Below, piece by piece: positions 51,540 through 60,178 of a stretch of 64,000 nt of DNA (the stretch's first letter is position 1; each line of letters starts with the position of its first letter). Below the pieces are notes generated by a model. That model did not search any database. It saw only the letters and a program-made list of their open reading frames with translations, and had not been told where the DNA came from. Origin of the DNA: Chloroflexia bacterium. Its GTDB lineage: Bacteria; Chloroflexota; Chloroflexia; QHBQ01; JAICKM01. Made by a program: the position numbers and the translations under genes. Location of the stretch: positions 9,954 to 73,953 of the forward strand of contig JBBRPH010000021.1 of NCBI GenBank assembly GCA_038228295.1, in the 5' to 3' direction.

Positions 51540-51683
51540 GGGTTCAACTCCTGTAGCTAGGGGACGGCAGCACGCGCACGGGTGCTATTCTATCATAAAA
51601 TAGAAGACGCGGGGGCGGGGTTACGGGTTGCAGTCGGCGGGCGGGATAAAAAGCGGGAACAAAAGCGGGATAGGCGGATCGCC

Positions 51684-52280
51684 TCAGGCGGTCGGATCGC
51701 CGCTCGCCGGGTCGGCAAACGCCGCATTCTCATAGATGGCGGCTATCGGCAGCACCCCGCCAACGGCGGGCAGGTAGAGGGTATCACCTGGGTCACGGAT
51801 CTCGTGCAGCAGCCAATCGGATCCCTGGCGGGTATAGTGTTCGAGGTGTACCTCATCCTGCGCTACCAGCAGATACTCCCGCAGTGATTCGAGCCGGCGG
51901 TAGTGGGCAAACTTCTTGCCTCGGTCGTAGGCGGCGGTGGACGGGGATAGCACCTCGCAGATCACGCTGGGGTTGCGGAGTGTGTCCCGCTGCCCATCCT
52001 CAAAGCGCAGTTCGCCACACACGGCCACCACATCCGGGTAGGTATACAAACCGCTGGCTTGCACCTTGACCCGCAGATCACTAGCATAGACCCGGCAAGG
52101 ACCACCGCGGAACTGGCTGCGTAGCTCGCCGGCAATATTGAGCGTGATGGTATTATGCGCTTCACTAGCTCCCGCCATGGCGTAGATTTCACCCGCCAAG
52201 TACTCGCTCTTATGATCGGCGGCGCGCTCCAGGGTGAGGTACTCCTCCGGCTGATAGAAGGGCTGGGGCAGTGAGGCCAT
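51684..52280 (-). CDS. Uma2-family (DUF820) putative restriction-endonuclease-like protein
   Basis: AAGGAG RBS. EYL.LE......EYL.GEI..M.G....H, YPDV.V.CG and VICEVLSPSTAAYDRGKKFAHYRRL.SLREYLLV. The longer ORF to 52520 is an artefact. Confidence 0.8.
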   Translation of the reverse strand: MASLPQPFYQPEEYLTLERAADHKSEYLAGEIYAMAGASEAHNTITLNIAGELRSQFRGGPCRVYASDLRVKVQASGLYTYPDVVAVCGELRFEDGQRDTLRNPSVICEVLSPSTAAYDRGKKFAHYRRLESLREYLLVAQDEVHLEHYTRQGSDWLLHEIRDPGDTLYLPAVGGVLPIAAIYENAAFADPASGDPTA

Positions 52281-52305
52281 CACGTACTCCTTTGGGCTGT
52301 GGACG

Positions 52306-53028
52306 CTATTTATACGTGGGGTGCGGCAGCGGACCGAGCGATTCGCGCGGCCAGTAGACAAACCAGGCGCGTCCCACGACAGCCGACTGCTTGATGAAGC
52401 CGAAGACGTGTGAATCGTCGGAGTTGCGGCGGTTGTCGCCGAGGACAAACAGTTGGCCGGCGGGGACGACCGTTTCGCTGCCGGCCGGGGGCCAGTTGTA
52501 ATCGGGCGTGTCGTGAACATAAGGTTCGGGGAGCTTCAGCCCGTTCACATAGACGCCGTCCTCGGCGCGCACTTGTACGCGATCTTCGGGCAGGCCGATC
52601 ACGCGCTTGATAAAGTCGCGTTGCAAATAGTCGTTGGGTGCATGGAGTACAATGATGTCGCCGCGTTGTGGTGCGCCCAACAGGTAGCTCATCTGCACCG
52701 GCACGTCCGCGCCGGCCAGCGGGTTGAGGTGCTCCAAGAAGTGCGTGTCCCATTGATAGTACGCCGCTTTGTTGACAAACAGCATCTGGCCGTTGTGCAA
52801 CGTCGGCTCCATGCTCTGGCCTTCCACGACAAAGTTCTGCACCACCCCACGCACGACGAAGAAGAGGAGCAGCGTCAAAAGGACGGTTTCGAGTAGTTCG
52901 CGCCCGAACGGGCGGCGACCGATACGGACTTCAGTGACGGCGAAGCGTTCGTCGTCGCGCGGCAAGCCGGGCAGCGTCGGCCCGGCAAAGGCATCCGATT
53001 CCACATCGGGCGTGACATTAGCGTTCAT
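52306..53028 (-). CDS. lepB: Signal peptidase I
   Basis: EGQSMEPTL (catalytic Ser), GDIIVL, FIKRVIGLPEDRV (catalytic Lys), FVLGDNRRNSDDSH and VVGRAWFVYWP. Confidence 0.9.
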   Translation of the reverse strand: MNANVTPDVESDAFAGPTLPGLPRDDERFAVTEVRIGRRPFGRELLETVLLTLLLFFVVRGVVQNFVVEGQSMEPTLHNGQMLFVNKAAYYQWDTHFLEHLNPLAGADVPVQMSYLLGAPQRGDIIVLHAPNDYLQRDFIKRVIGLPEDRVQVRAEDGVYVNGLKLPEPYVHDTPDYNWPPAGSETVVPAGQLFVLGDNRRNSDDSHVFGFIKQSAVVGRAWFVYWPRESLGPLPHPTYK

Positions 53029-53131
53029 GGCCTGTATTATACCCGGTTTGTGCGCTGCCCGCTAATCCGGCGCAAGATGCAAGGGCATCGTAGTGTAAGG
53101 GAGGCCGGAAAGCAGACCGGTCGGCCTGCGC

Positions 53132-53160
53132 TTGACAGGCGGCAAGCGGGCTGCGATAAT
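53132..53160 (+). promoter_or_regulatory. Candidate sigma70 promoter with a ~115-nt leader for the gene at 53281
   Basis: TTGACA (53132-53137), 17-nt spacer, GATAAT (53155-53160). GGGAGG RBS at 53270-53275 precedes the GTG at 53281. Confidence 0.5.
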
Positions 53161-53280
53161 CGGCCTCAACCAGGCAGTTGCCGGGGCACTGTTCGGCGCA
53201 GCGAAGGGTGGTTGCGTGTAACGGCTCCGGTGCCGACGGGCGAGCGGATCGTTGGCTCAGGACAATGAGGGAGGTTTCCG

Positions 53281-54207
53281 GTGGCAACAGCTTTACAATC
53301 CACGCGAGGCGGCGCACCATCCACGCGCGTTGCGCTGTGGCGGCGCAACACGCGGCTTATGGTGGGCCTGTTTGCGCTGATCGGCGTGGTGCTGGCAGTG
53401 CTACTCCAATTGAAATACCACCTGCCGCTGTTCCCGCAAGGCGGCAGCGGCAAAGTGCCGGCGGATGTGACCGGCACCCTCGCCCCACTGGTGGTTGCGG
53501 CCACTGCGGTGGAGCGACTGATTGAGATGGGTTGGAACTTTTTGGAGAGCCGCTTTCTGGAAGTCGTCTCCTGGATCGGCATGGGCGAAGAATGGGTGGA
53601 TTACGCGCATACCCAAGTCAGCGGCGCCCGCACGGAGCTACGAGCGCTCGTGCATAAAGCCGATCCGCTTGCGCCGGCCGACGATGCACTGAAAACCGCT
53701 GCCGACTCATTACGCAGCGCGCAGAAACTGCTGGAAAGTGCGCTGGCGTCGCAGGGCTACGTCAGCTTCAAGCAAGCGGCTTCGGTGGTCGTCGGCTTGA
53801 TCCTGGGGGTGATCGTTGCCTTCACAGCGGGCTTGGATATGCTGCAACTGCTCCAACTGTCCGGCAAGACAACGATTGCCGGGATGCTAATCACCGGCCT
53901 AGCGATTGGCACCGGCAGCGGACCGGTGCACTCACTGATCGGGTTGTTGCAACAGGCACGCAACGCCGTCGGGCAAGCCGCCGACTTTTTCGACAGCCGC
54001 GCCGGGCAGAATCGAGGCGCCGCCTACAACGAAATGCGCCTAGTGACAAATCAGATCAACAACGGCAGCGCAACCGGCGGCACCGAAGGAGCTATGCGCG
54101 ACATCCCCGCCGTCGGCCTGCCGGCGGCTCCGCGTGACGCCGTGCCTGCTCCCGCCGCCCCCGCCGTTCATGTCACCGAGGAGCAGTTGCGGATCATCGG
54201 GCTGTAG
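53281..54207 (+). CDS. Hypothetical membrane protein (3 TM, central helical/coiled region)
   Basis: TM segments are LMVGLFALIGVVLAVLL, AASVVVGLILGVIVAFTAGL and IAGMLITGLAIGTG. I recognise no family. Confidence 0.45.
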   Translation: MATALQSTRGGAPSTRVALWRRNTRLMVGLFALIGVVLAVLLQLKYHLPLFPQGGSGKVPADVTGTLAPLVVAATAVERLIEMGWNFLESRFLEVVSWIGMGEEWVDYAHTQVSGARTELRALVHKADPLAPADDALKTAADSLRSAQKLLESALASQGYVSFKQAASVVVGLILGVIVAFTAGLDMLQLLQLSGKTTIAGMLITGLAIGTGSGPVHSLIGLLQQARNAVGQAADFFDSRAGQNRGAAYNEMRLVTNQINNGSATGGTEGAMRDIPAVGLPAAPRDAVPAPAAPAVHVTEEQLRIIGL

Positions 54208-54334
54208 ATACAGGGAGGTGCGGCGCAGTTTTCTATTGTAATCCCGGCGGGCCTGTGCTATCATTGACATAATTCCGCACGACGCGGCTATGCAGTTGCC
54301 GCCGGTGACGCGGTGGTGAGAGGAGACATCCCGT

Positions 54335-56221
54335 ATGAAGAAATTGGCGATACCGGCGCTCCTGGCGGTGCCGGCGGTGCTACTCAGCATGGTTATCCCG
54401 GCAGCCGGTGCGGCCTCTCCGCAACCATTCGCCGATCCCAGTTTCAATCGCCTGTGGAACCGCGCCGATTCGCTGGTCGCAGACAGCACAGTAAGCGACC
54501 GCTCGTGGTATTGGGGGCCCACCCCCGGCACCTATGGCCTCGAACCCTACGCGCAAGCGCCCGGCGGCTACCGGTTGGTGCAGTATTTCGATAAAGGGCG
54601 CATGGAGATCAATAATCCCAGCGGCGACCGCAACTCGCCCTGGTTTGTCACCACCGGCCTGCTGGTGGTAGACATGGTCTCCGGGCGGCAGCAGATCGGC
54701 GATAATCAGTTTATCGGGCGCAACCCGGCAGACATCGTGGTGGCCGGCGATGCCGATGACGCACACGCGCCCACTTACACCAGCTTCCACGAAGTCAGTT
54801 CGCTTAATAACAACCGCCGCACCAACAAAGCGCTGGGCGGCTATGTCACCGCCACGATCAACCGCGCCGGCGGGGTCGGCAGCGATGCCGGCAAGGCGAG
54901 CGACGCGGGCGGACGCATCGTGGCCTACAACGATGTGTTCGGCCACAACATCCCGACCGCGCTATGGGATTTTATGAACCAGCCCGGCAGCGTGCGGGTG
55001 GACGGCCAACTGACCTTCGACCGGCCGGTGATGAACTGGATCTTCACCATCGGCTATCCGATCAGTGAAGCCTATTGGGCGCGCGTGCAGATCGCCGGCC
55101 GGGCGCGTGATGTGCTGATTCAACTGTTCGAGCGGCGGGTACTGGTCTATATCCCCAGCTACCTCAAGCCCTGGAATGTGCAGATGGCGAACGTCGGCAC
55201 GCATTACTATAGCTGGCTGTACGGCGCAAACGGCGGGCCGGCCCCGATCATTGGCCCGCCGACTGCTGTGCCGCCGACCGCCACGGTCCCGGCACCGCCC
55301 ACACGCCCGGCACCGCCGACGGCGCCGGCACCACCCACAGTCCCTGCACCACCGACGATCCCCGCGCCACCGGCCCCGCCGACCAGGGTGCCACCGCCGC
55401 CGCCTTTCGTCACGCCGCCGGCCGCCGCGACCGCGACCGCCACGGCAGTGCCGCCGACCGCCCCGCCCGTGCCGGTTTCAACCGCGCTACCGGCCGCCAA
55501 AGACGGTAGTGTGACGCCCCTCCAAGGACCGGCGGGTACGACGTTTGTGGCGAATGTGACCGGCTTTAGCGAGAAAGAGACCGTCGCTGCCTGGTTAACC
55601 ACGCCCGACGGCAAGGTGATCCCCGTTCCGCTGACCAATAAGCCGACCGCCGGGGGCGAAATTAACGGCATCAGCATCAATAGTAGTGGTTTCGCCGACG
55701 GGATATGGGCGCTGACGGTGAACGGTCAGACGAGCAATCATCAGAGCATCGTCTATTTCCGCGTCGGCAACCCGCCCCCGCCACCGGCCCCGGCCACGCC
55801 GACCTCGGTACCGCCACCGCCACCGCCGCCCGCGCCGCCGACAGCTACGCCTCAGCCTGCCGCGACGAACACCCCGGCGCCCGCTGCGACGAACACGCCG
55901 GCACCCGTCGCGACAGCTACGGCTGCGCCGCAAGGCCCGCTGACGGTCAACCCGCCCGAAGGCACGGCGGCCACGCAGTACACCTTTGTCGGTAGCGGCT
56001 TCGCCGCCACGGAGCAAGTGGCCGAATGGTTTGTGGACCCCGCCGGTAACTTCTGGTATCCGAGCAACGGCCGCACCCTGACTGCCACCGCCGGCGGCCA
56101 GATCAGCGACCAAATCGTGCCCGCCGACGCTTTCTACGAAGTCTTGCCCGGCATCTGGACTTATCACCTGCATGGTCTCACCTCGCTCAAGGATGAGCAA
56201 GTAACGTTTACTGTGCGCTGA
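54335..56221 (+). CDS. Secreted protein: N-terminal module related to the S8 protease C-terminal repeat, Pro-rich linkers, two Ig-like domains
   Basis: Signal peptide MKKLAIPALLAVPAVLLSMVIPAAGAA. GYPISEAYW...LIQLFERRVLVY echoes GYPISEEF...VQYFERNRFELH. PAPPT-type 15-bp repeats lie at about 55285-55380. Two homologous ~90-aa C-terminal domains. Confidence 0.6.
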   Translation: MKKLAIPALLAVPAVLLSMVIPAAGAASPQPFADPSFNRLWNRADSLVADSTVSDRSWYWGPTPGTYGLEPYAQAPGGYRLVQYFDKGRMEINNPSGDRNSPWFVTTGLLVVDMVSGRQQIGDNQFIGRNPADIVVAGDADDAHAPTYTSFHEVSSLNNNRRTNKALGGYVTATINRAGGVGSDAGKASDAGGRIVAYNDVFGHNIPTALWDFMNQPGSVRVDGQLTFDRPVMNWIFTIGYPISEAYWARVQIAGRARDVLIQLFERRVLVYIPSYLKPWNVQMANVGTHYYSWLYGANGGPAPIIGPPTAVPPTATVPAPPTRPAPPTAPAPPTVPAPPTIPAPPAPPTRVPPPPPFVTPPAAATATATAVPPTAPPVPVSTALPAAKDGSVTPLQGPAGTTFVANVTGFSEKETVAAWLTTPDGKVIPVPLTNKPTAGGEINGISINSSGFADGIWALTVNGQTSNHQSIVYFRVGNPPPPPAPATPTSVPPPPPPPAPPTATPQPAATNTPAPAATNTPAPVATATAAPQGPLTVNPPEGTAATQYTFVGSGFAATEQVAEWFVDPAGNFWYPSNGRTLTATAGGQISDQIVPADAFYEVLPGIWTYHLHGLTSLKDEQVTFTVR

Positions 56222-56290
56222 CGAGTAGGCAGACACGAACGTTTTTAGTAGGGGCTGTGTTGCCCAGTAGCGACAAGTAGGTTCTGCTAT

Positions 56291-56317
56291 GCCGGCGGGG
56301 ACGGGGTCCCCGCCGGC
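56291..56317 (+). terminator. GC-rich 12-bp stem-loop after the secreted-protein gene
   Basis: GCCGGCGGGGAC-GGG-GTCCCCGCCGGC. It is followed by only a weak T run (CGATAGTTTGG). Confidence 0.5.
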
Positions 56318-56343
56318 CGATAGTTTGGTAGTTGCTCAGTACT

Positions 56344-57066
56344 ATGCAACGAATTTTACTTGTAGACGACGAACCGACCATCCGTGAGGGCTTGCGCGAA
56401 CGCTTTGAGCGCGAGGGCTTTGCCGTGAGCGCGGTGGGCACGGGCGGGGCGGCACTCGACTTACTGCTGGGGCGTGGCGGGCCGGCGTTGACCACCGATT
56501 GCCTAGTGCTGGACCTGATGCTGCCCGACCTCGACGGCTTCGCCGTGCTACGCACGCTGCGCCAAGCCGGAGCGGATCTACCGGTGATCTTGCTCACCGC
56601 ACGCACGGATGATGTGGATAAAATCGTGGGCTTAGAACTGGGGGCCGACGATTATGTAGTCAAGCCGTTTAACCCACGCGAACTGGTGGCCCGTGTGCGC
56701 GTGCTGTTGCGGCGCATGGCTGAAGTGCGTGCCTTACGCGAGACGCTGGCCGGCGAGACAGCGCGTGAGGAGACGCCCGAAGCCCCATTGGCGCTCGACC
56801 GCAGCAGCCGCACGGCGCGCTTTCGCGGCCGGCCGCTCGATCTGCGTCCGCGCGAGTTCGATTTGCTGGCCCTGCTGGTCGATCATCCCGGCCAGGTCTT
56901 CACCCGCGAAACGCTGCTCGACCGCGTGTGGGGCGATGATCGCTTCATCGAACCACGCACGGTGGATGTGCATATCCGCCGCCTGCGCGAGAAGCTGACC
57001 GCCATAGACCCGGAGACGAACCTCATCCAGACCGAGCGCGGCCTGGGCTATCGGCTGCAATTCTAG
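56344..57066 (+). CDS. OmpR-family response regulator
   Basis: Receiver domain has ILLVDDE, LVLDLMLPDLDG and VVKPF. Winged-helix output has REFDLLALL, TR..LL..VWG, TVDVHIRRLR.KL and RG.GYRL. Confidence 0.9.
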   Translation: MQRILLVDDEPTIREGLRERFEREGFAVSAVGTGGAALDLLLGRGGPALTTDCLVLDLMLPDLDGFAVLRTLRQAGADLPVILLTARTDDVDKIVGLELGADDYVVKPFNPRELVARVRVLLRRMAEVRALRETLAGETAREETPEAPLALDRSSRTARFRGRPLDLRPREFDLLALLVDHPGQVFTRETLLDRVWGDDRFIEPRTVDVHIRRLREKLTAIDPETNLIQTERGLGYRLQF

Positions 57067-57069
57067 CCT

Positions 57070-58857
57070 GTGGCCCTCCGCATCGCTGCGCTCTATCTGA
57101 CCAGCACCCTGCTGTTGCTGCTGGCGCTGGGCGGCGGCCTCTATCTCAGCACGGAGCGCACCCTGATTGACGCACGCCGCGCCGATCTGAACGCCGAAGC
57201 CGCCGCCGATGCGGCTTTCCTGCACCGCGCAGCACCCGGTGAAACGGACCTGCGGACGCTGGCCCCGCTGCTGGCAACGGTGCTACCGGTGGGCGGCGGA
57301 CCGCATGGGTTGCGCGTCTTTTCGGCGAACGGCACCCTGCTGGTCGCCTTACCGCCCCAAGCGGCCGGGCGCGGGCGACCGAGCCAAGCCACGCTCGATC
57401 TGCTGCCGCCAAGCCTGCTGGCGGTCACCCAGGCGGCGGCAAACGAAGCAGACCTGATCTACGCCGCCCAGCCGATCACCGGCACCACACGAACGGGCGG
57501 CAGCGGCACGGTCGGTGTCGTCGAAGCCGCCGGCTCGCGCGCTGATATTGACGGCATTCTGGAGCAGTTACGGCACGGCTTCGCGCTGGCGGCAGCGCTG
57601 ACCGGCCTAGTCGCAGCGGCAGTCGGCTTGGTGTTGGCGCACAGCGTAGCCCGCCCGGTGCGCCGCCTCGAAGCCGTCGCCACCGCTATCGCCGCCGGCG
57701 ACCTGACCCGCCGCGCAAGCGGGCTGCCGCGCAACGAGATCGGCGCACTAGGCGACAGCTTCAATGCCATGGCCGCGCGCTTGGCTGCCGGGTTAGCCGA
57801 GTCGCGCGCCGAGCAAGCGCGCCTAGCCGCGCTACTTGCCGGCTTAGTAGACGGGGTATTAGCCTGTGATGCGACCGGCGCGCTGACGCTGGAAAATCCC
57901 GCCGCCCGCGAGATGCTGGGCGTAGCCCATGCGGCCCCCGCCACCGCCGTGACCGAGGCGGCGGCGGCGCTAGGCATCGGCGCGCTCTGGGCGCGGGCAA
58001 TGGGCGCAGGCGGCAACCGGCGCGGCCCCGTGGAAGAGGAGATCGCGGCAGCGAATCGGGCGCTGCTGGTGGTGGCGGCACCGTTGGGCGCAACCGGGGG
58101 GGCCGTTTGTGTACTGCGCGACATCACCCGCTTACGTGAGTTGGAACAGGGCCGCACCGCCGTCTTCCGCCGGCTAGGGCACGAACTCCGCACCCCGTTG
58201 ACTGCGCTTCGCACCGTGCTGGCGAACCTGAGCGACACCGCTACCCCCGCCGCTGCCGGCCCGCTGGCGACTGCCGAGGCCGAAGCCGAACGCCTGAGCC
58301 GGCTGGTGGACGAGATCCTGGCAGTGGGTCAGGGCCGCGCCACCGCATCGCTGGCCTTGCGCCCCACCGACCTGAGTGCGCTGGCAGCGGGCGTGTGTGC
58401 GCTGTTTGCCGGCCGCGCCGGTCGGCTGGGGGTGACGTTGGTGGGGCCGGATACGCTGGGCGCCGTGGCGATCGTGCGTGGTGACCCCGACCGCTTGCGC
58501 CAAGTACTGGTGAACCTGCTGGATAATGCGCTGCGCCACACCCCACCCGGCGGGCGCATCAGCGTGTCCGTCGCCACGACCCCGGACCACGCGGTTATAC
58601 AGGTGGCCGACACCGGCGAGGGCATGGACCAGGTGAGTGGCGGTTGGGCATTCGCGCCGTACTACCAGAGCAGCCCGCCCGCCGCCGCTGCGCCGCCCGC
58701 CGCCGATTCACCCGTCAGGGTCGGCGGGCTGGGGTTGGCGATTGTGCGCGAAATCGTGACCGCCCACGGCGGCACCGTGGGGTTGGATAGTGCGTTAGGC
58801 GCAGGCACCACCGTCACGGTGCGCCTACCGCTCGCCACGCCCACCCCCCGCGCGTAG
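57070..58857 (+). CDS. Sensor histidine kinase (TM, extracytoplasmic region, TM, HAMP, PAS-like, HisKA, HATPase_c)
   Basis: HAMP reads PVRRLEAVATAIAAGDLTRR. H-box is LGHELRTPLTAL, N-box is LLDNALRHTP, G1 is DTGEGM and G2 is GGLGLAIVREIV. GTG start 4 nt after the response-regulator stop. Confidence 0.85.
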   Translation: MALRIAALYLTSTLLLLLALGGGLYLSTERTLIDARRADLNAEAAADAAFLHRAAPGETDLRTLAPLLATVLPVGGGPHGLRVFSANGTLLVALPPQAAGRGRPSQATLDLLPPSLLAVTQAAANEADLIYAAQPITGTTRTGGSGTVGVVEAAGSRADIDGILEQLRHGFALAAALTGLVAAAVGLVLAHSVARPVRRLEAVATAIAAGDLTRRASGLPRNEIGALGDSFNAMAARLAAGLAESRAEQARLAALLAGLVDGVLACDATGALTLENPAAREMLGVAHAAPATAVTEAAAALGIGALWARAMGAGGNRRGPVEEEIAAANRALLVVAAPLGATGGAVCVLRDITRLRELEQGRTAVFRRLGHELRTPLTALRTVLANLSDTATPAAAGPLATAEAEAERLSRLVDEILAVGQGRATASLALRPTDLSALAAGVCALFAGRAGRLGVTLVGPDTLGAVAIVRGDPDRLRQVLVNLLDNALRHTPPGGRISVSVATTPDHAVIQVADTGEGMDQVSGGWAFAPYYQSSPPAAAAPPAADSPVRVGGLGLAIVREIVTAHGGTVGLDSALGAGTTVTVRLPLATPTPRA

Positions 58858-59237
58858 ACCGGCGCTCCGTCCGGCACGCCACTGCTGGGTGGAATCGTCG
58901 GTGTAGATCGCACAGCCGGCAACGGGATCAGCGGGGAGAGCGCAACCTGAATGGCAAGCGCCCCCACACAGCCGAGGAACAGCAGCAGAAAGACCAGTCC
59001 AAAGGCCAATGTCAGCGGAATTGAGAACCCGCGCAGGGGTGTAGCAGGCAGTAGCGGCACCACCACCGCGACTGAGGGCCGGATTGCGGCGGCGACCGGC
59101 ACGGTCGCGGCACGAGCCTGCGCGCCCGCCCGTGCCGCCGCCACCTGCGCTGCCGTCTGCGACCGTCCACATTCGTCGCAGAACCCCGCCCCCGGCTCCA
59201 CCTGCCCGTCACAATCGGCGTATAAACACTGGCCCAT
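58662..59237 (-). CDS. Zinc-ribbon / TM membrane protein (3' third is antisense to the kinase gene)
   Basis: N-terminal CLYADCDGQ......FCDECG, then TM LTLAFGLVFLLLFLGCVGALAI. The last 196 nt overlap the histidine-kinase coding sequence on the other strand, so the real C-terminus and even coding status are uncertain. Confidence 0.4.
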   Translation of the reverse strand: MGQCLYADCDGQVEPGAGFCDECGRSQTAAQVAAARAGAQARAATVPVAAAIRPSVAVVVPLLPATPLRGFSIPLTLAFGLVFLLLFLGCVGALAIQVALSPLIPLPAVRSTPTIPPSSGVPDGAPVYARGVGVASGRRTVTVVPAPNALSNPTVPPWAVTISRTIANPSPPTLTGESAAGGAAAAGGLLW

Positions 59238-59277
59238 GTGTTATCTCTGATCCCCCTATCTGCATCCCTCGTGTCTA

Positions 59278-59610
59278 TTAGCGGGTTAGCACGCGAATTA
59301 AGGCAGCAGTTACTTCGGACATTTTCGCCGCTGTAACAGCCCCAATCCGGTAGAGGATCAACCCCTCGTCGGCAGTGATAACGTGGCTAGGCCGGATGTT
59401 GCTGTTTTGTTGGAGATTACCGTGGTGCAAATCGCGTTGCGCGAGGGGAACCGCATCCGCATCCCGTGCTGATTGGCTGGTGATAGGACACAGGATTACA
59501 TCATCGCCTGCTAATACGGCGACAACAAGCGCGGGCCGGCGTTTGCCGGCGCTGAGATTCGAGTAAGGAAACGGTATGACAACAACTTCACCCTTTACAA
59601 ATGTTGCCAA
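59278..59610 (-). CDS. MazF/PemK-family toxin (endoribonuclease)
   Basis: KGEVVVIPFPYSNLSAGKRRPALVV.....DDVILCPITSQ fits PemK. The TTG start at 59610 is preceded by GGAGGA (59622-59617) and overlaps the antitoxin 3' end by 16 nt. Confidence 0.75.
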   Translation of the reverse strand: MATFVKGEVVVIPFPYSNLSAGKRRPALVVAVLAGDDVILCPITSQSARDADAVPLAQRDLHHGNLQQNSNIRPSHVITADEGLILYRIGAVTAAKMSEVTAALIRVLTR

Positions 59611-59894
59611 GCCGTATCCTCCTCCGGCGTATCCCACAGGCGGGTTAATGCCGGCGCACTTGCCAGGGCCGTCGTCCGGCCCAATGGAATCGCAGCACGC
59701 TCGATCAAGTGAAGTATTTGCCGGCCCAGTTCCGTTAATGCCTTGTTGGGATCTCCTGCCTGGGCGTGCTGCGATTGGGCGGCCGCACGGATTAAGCCGC
59801 TCAAGAACTCCCCTTGTTTGCGCGATGATCCCGCCAACTGTGGTAATAGTTCCGCCGCATCGTCATCCAGCATCATATTAACGCGCTTCGTCAT
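59595..59894 (-). CDS. Putative antitoxin with an RHH/CopG-like N-terminus
   Basis: MTKRVNMMLDDDAAELL is a beta-strand/helix start typical of ribbon-helix-helix proteins. Acidic C-terminal tail is WDTPEEDTAWQHL. Position is immediately upstream of the toxin. Confidence 0.6.
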   Translation of the reverse strand: MTKRVNMMLDDDAAELLPQLAGSSRKQGEFLSGLIRAAAQSQHAQAGDPNKALTELGRQILHLIERAAIPLGRTTALASAPALTRLWDTPEEDTAWQHL

Positions 59895-59948
59895 TGGACA
59901 ACCCTCCTTTCTCCTTGATTCCTAGCCTTGCTTGTTAATAACATACCT

Positions 59949-59977
59949 AGTATAGCATTACACATTTTATGTGTCAA
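59949..59977 (-). promoter_or_regulatory. TA-module promoter with an embedded palindromic operator
   Basis: Minus strand reads TTGACA (59977-59972), 17-nt spacer, TATACT (59954-59949). The perfect palindrome ACACAT-TTT-ATGTGT (59960-59974) spans the -35/spacer. Confidence 0.55.
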
Positions 59978-60178
59978 TATTTCAGAGAAACAGATATGAA
60001 TGTGTTAATAAACGGCGGAGACCTGGTTCAGCAGCCCACTAGTCACTATGCTAAACCCCTTGTAACATTCGGTAACATAAGATCCCGATGCCCTGTCACA
60101 TTCACGTGCTATAGTGAGCGAGTAAAGGGGCAACGGCCTCTGGTTGAGTAACGATAAAGCAAACGAAAGGAACACGTA

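Noticed and set aside
55285-55460. Pro-rich PAPPT-type repeats and the antisense ORFs across them (55207-55680 minus, 55176-55514 plus).
   Set aside because: This is a low-complexity linker within a well-supported secreted-protein gene. The alternative frames are by-products of the CCN/GGN repeat structure.
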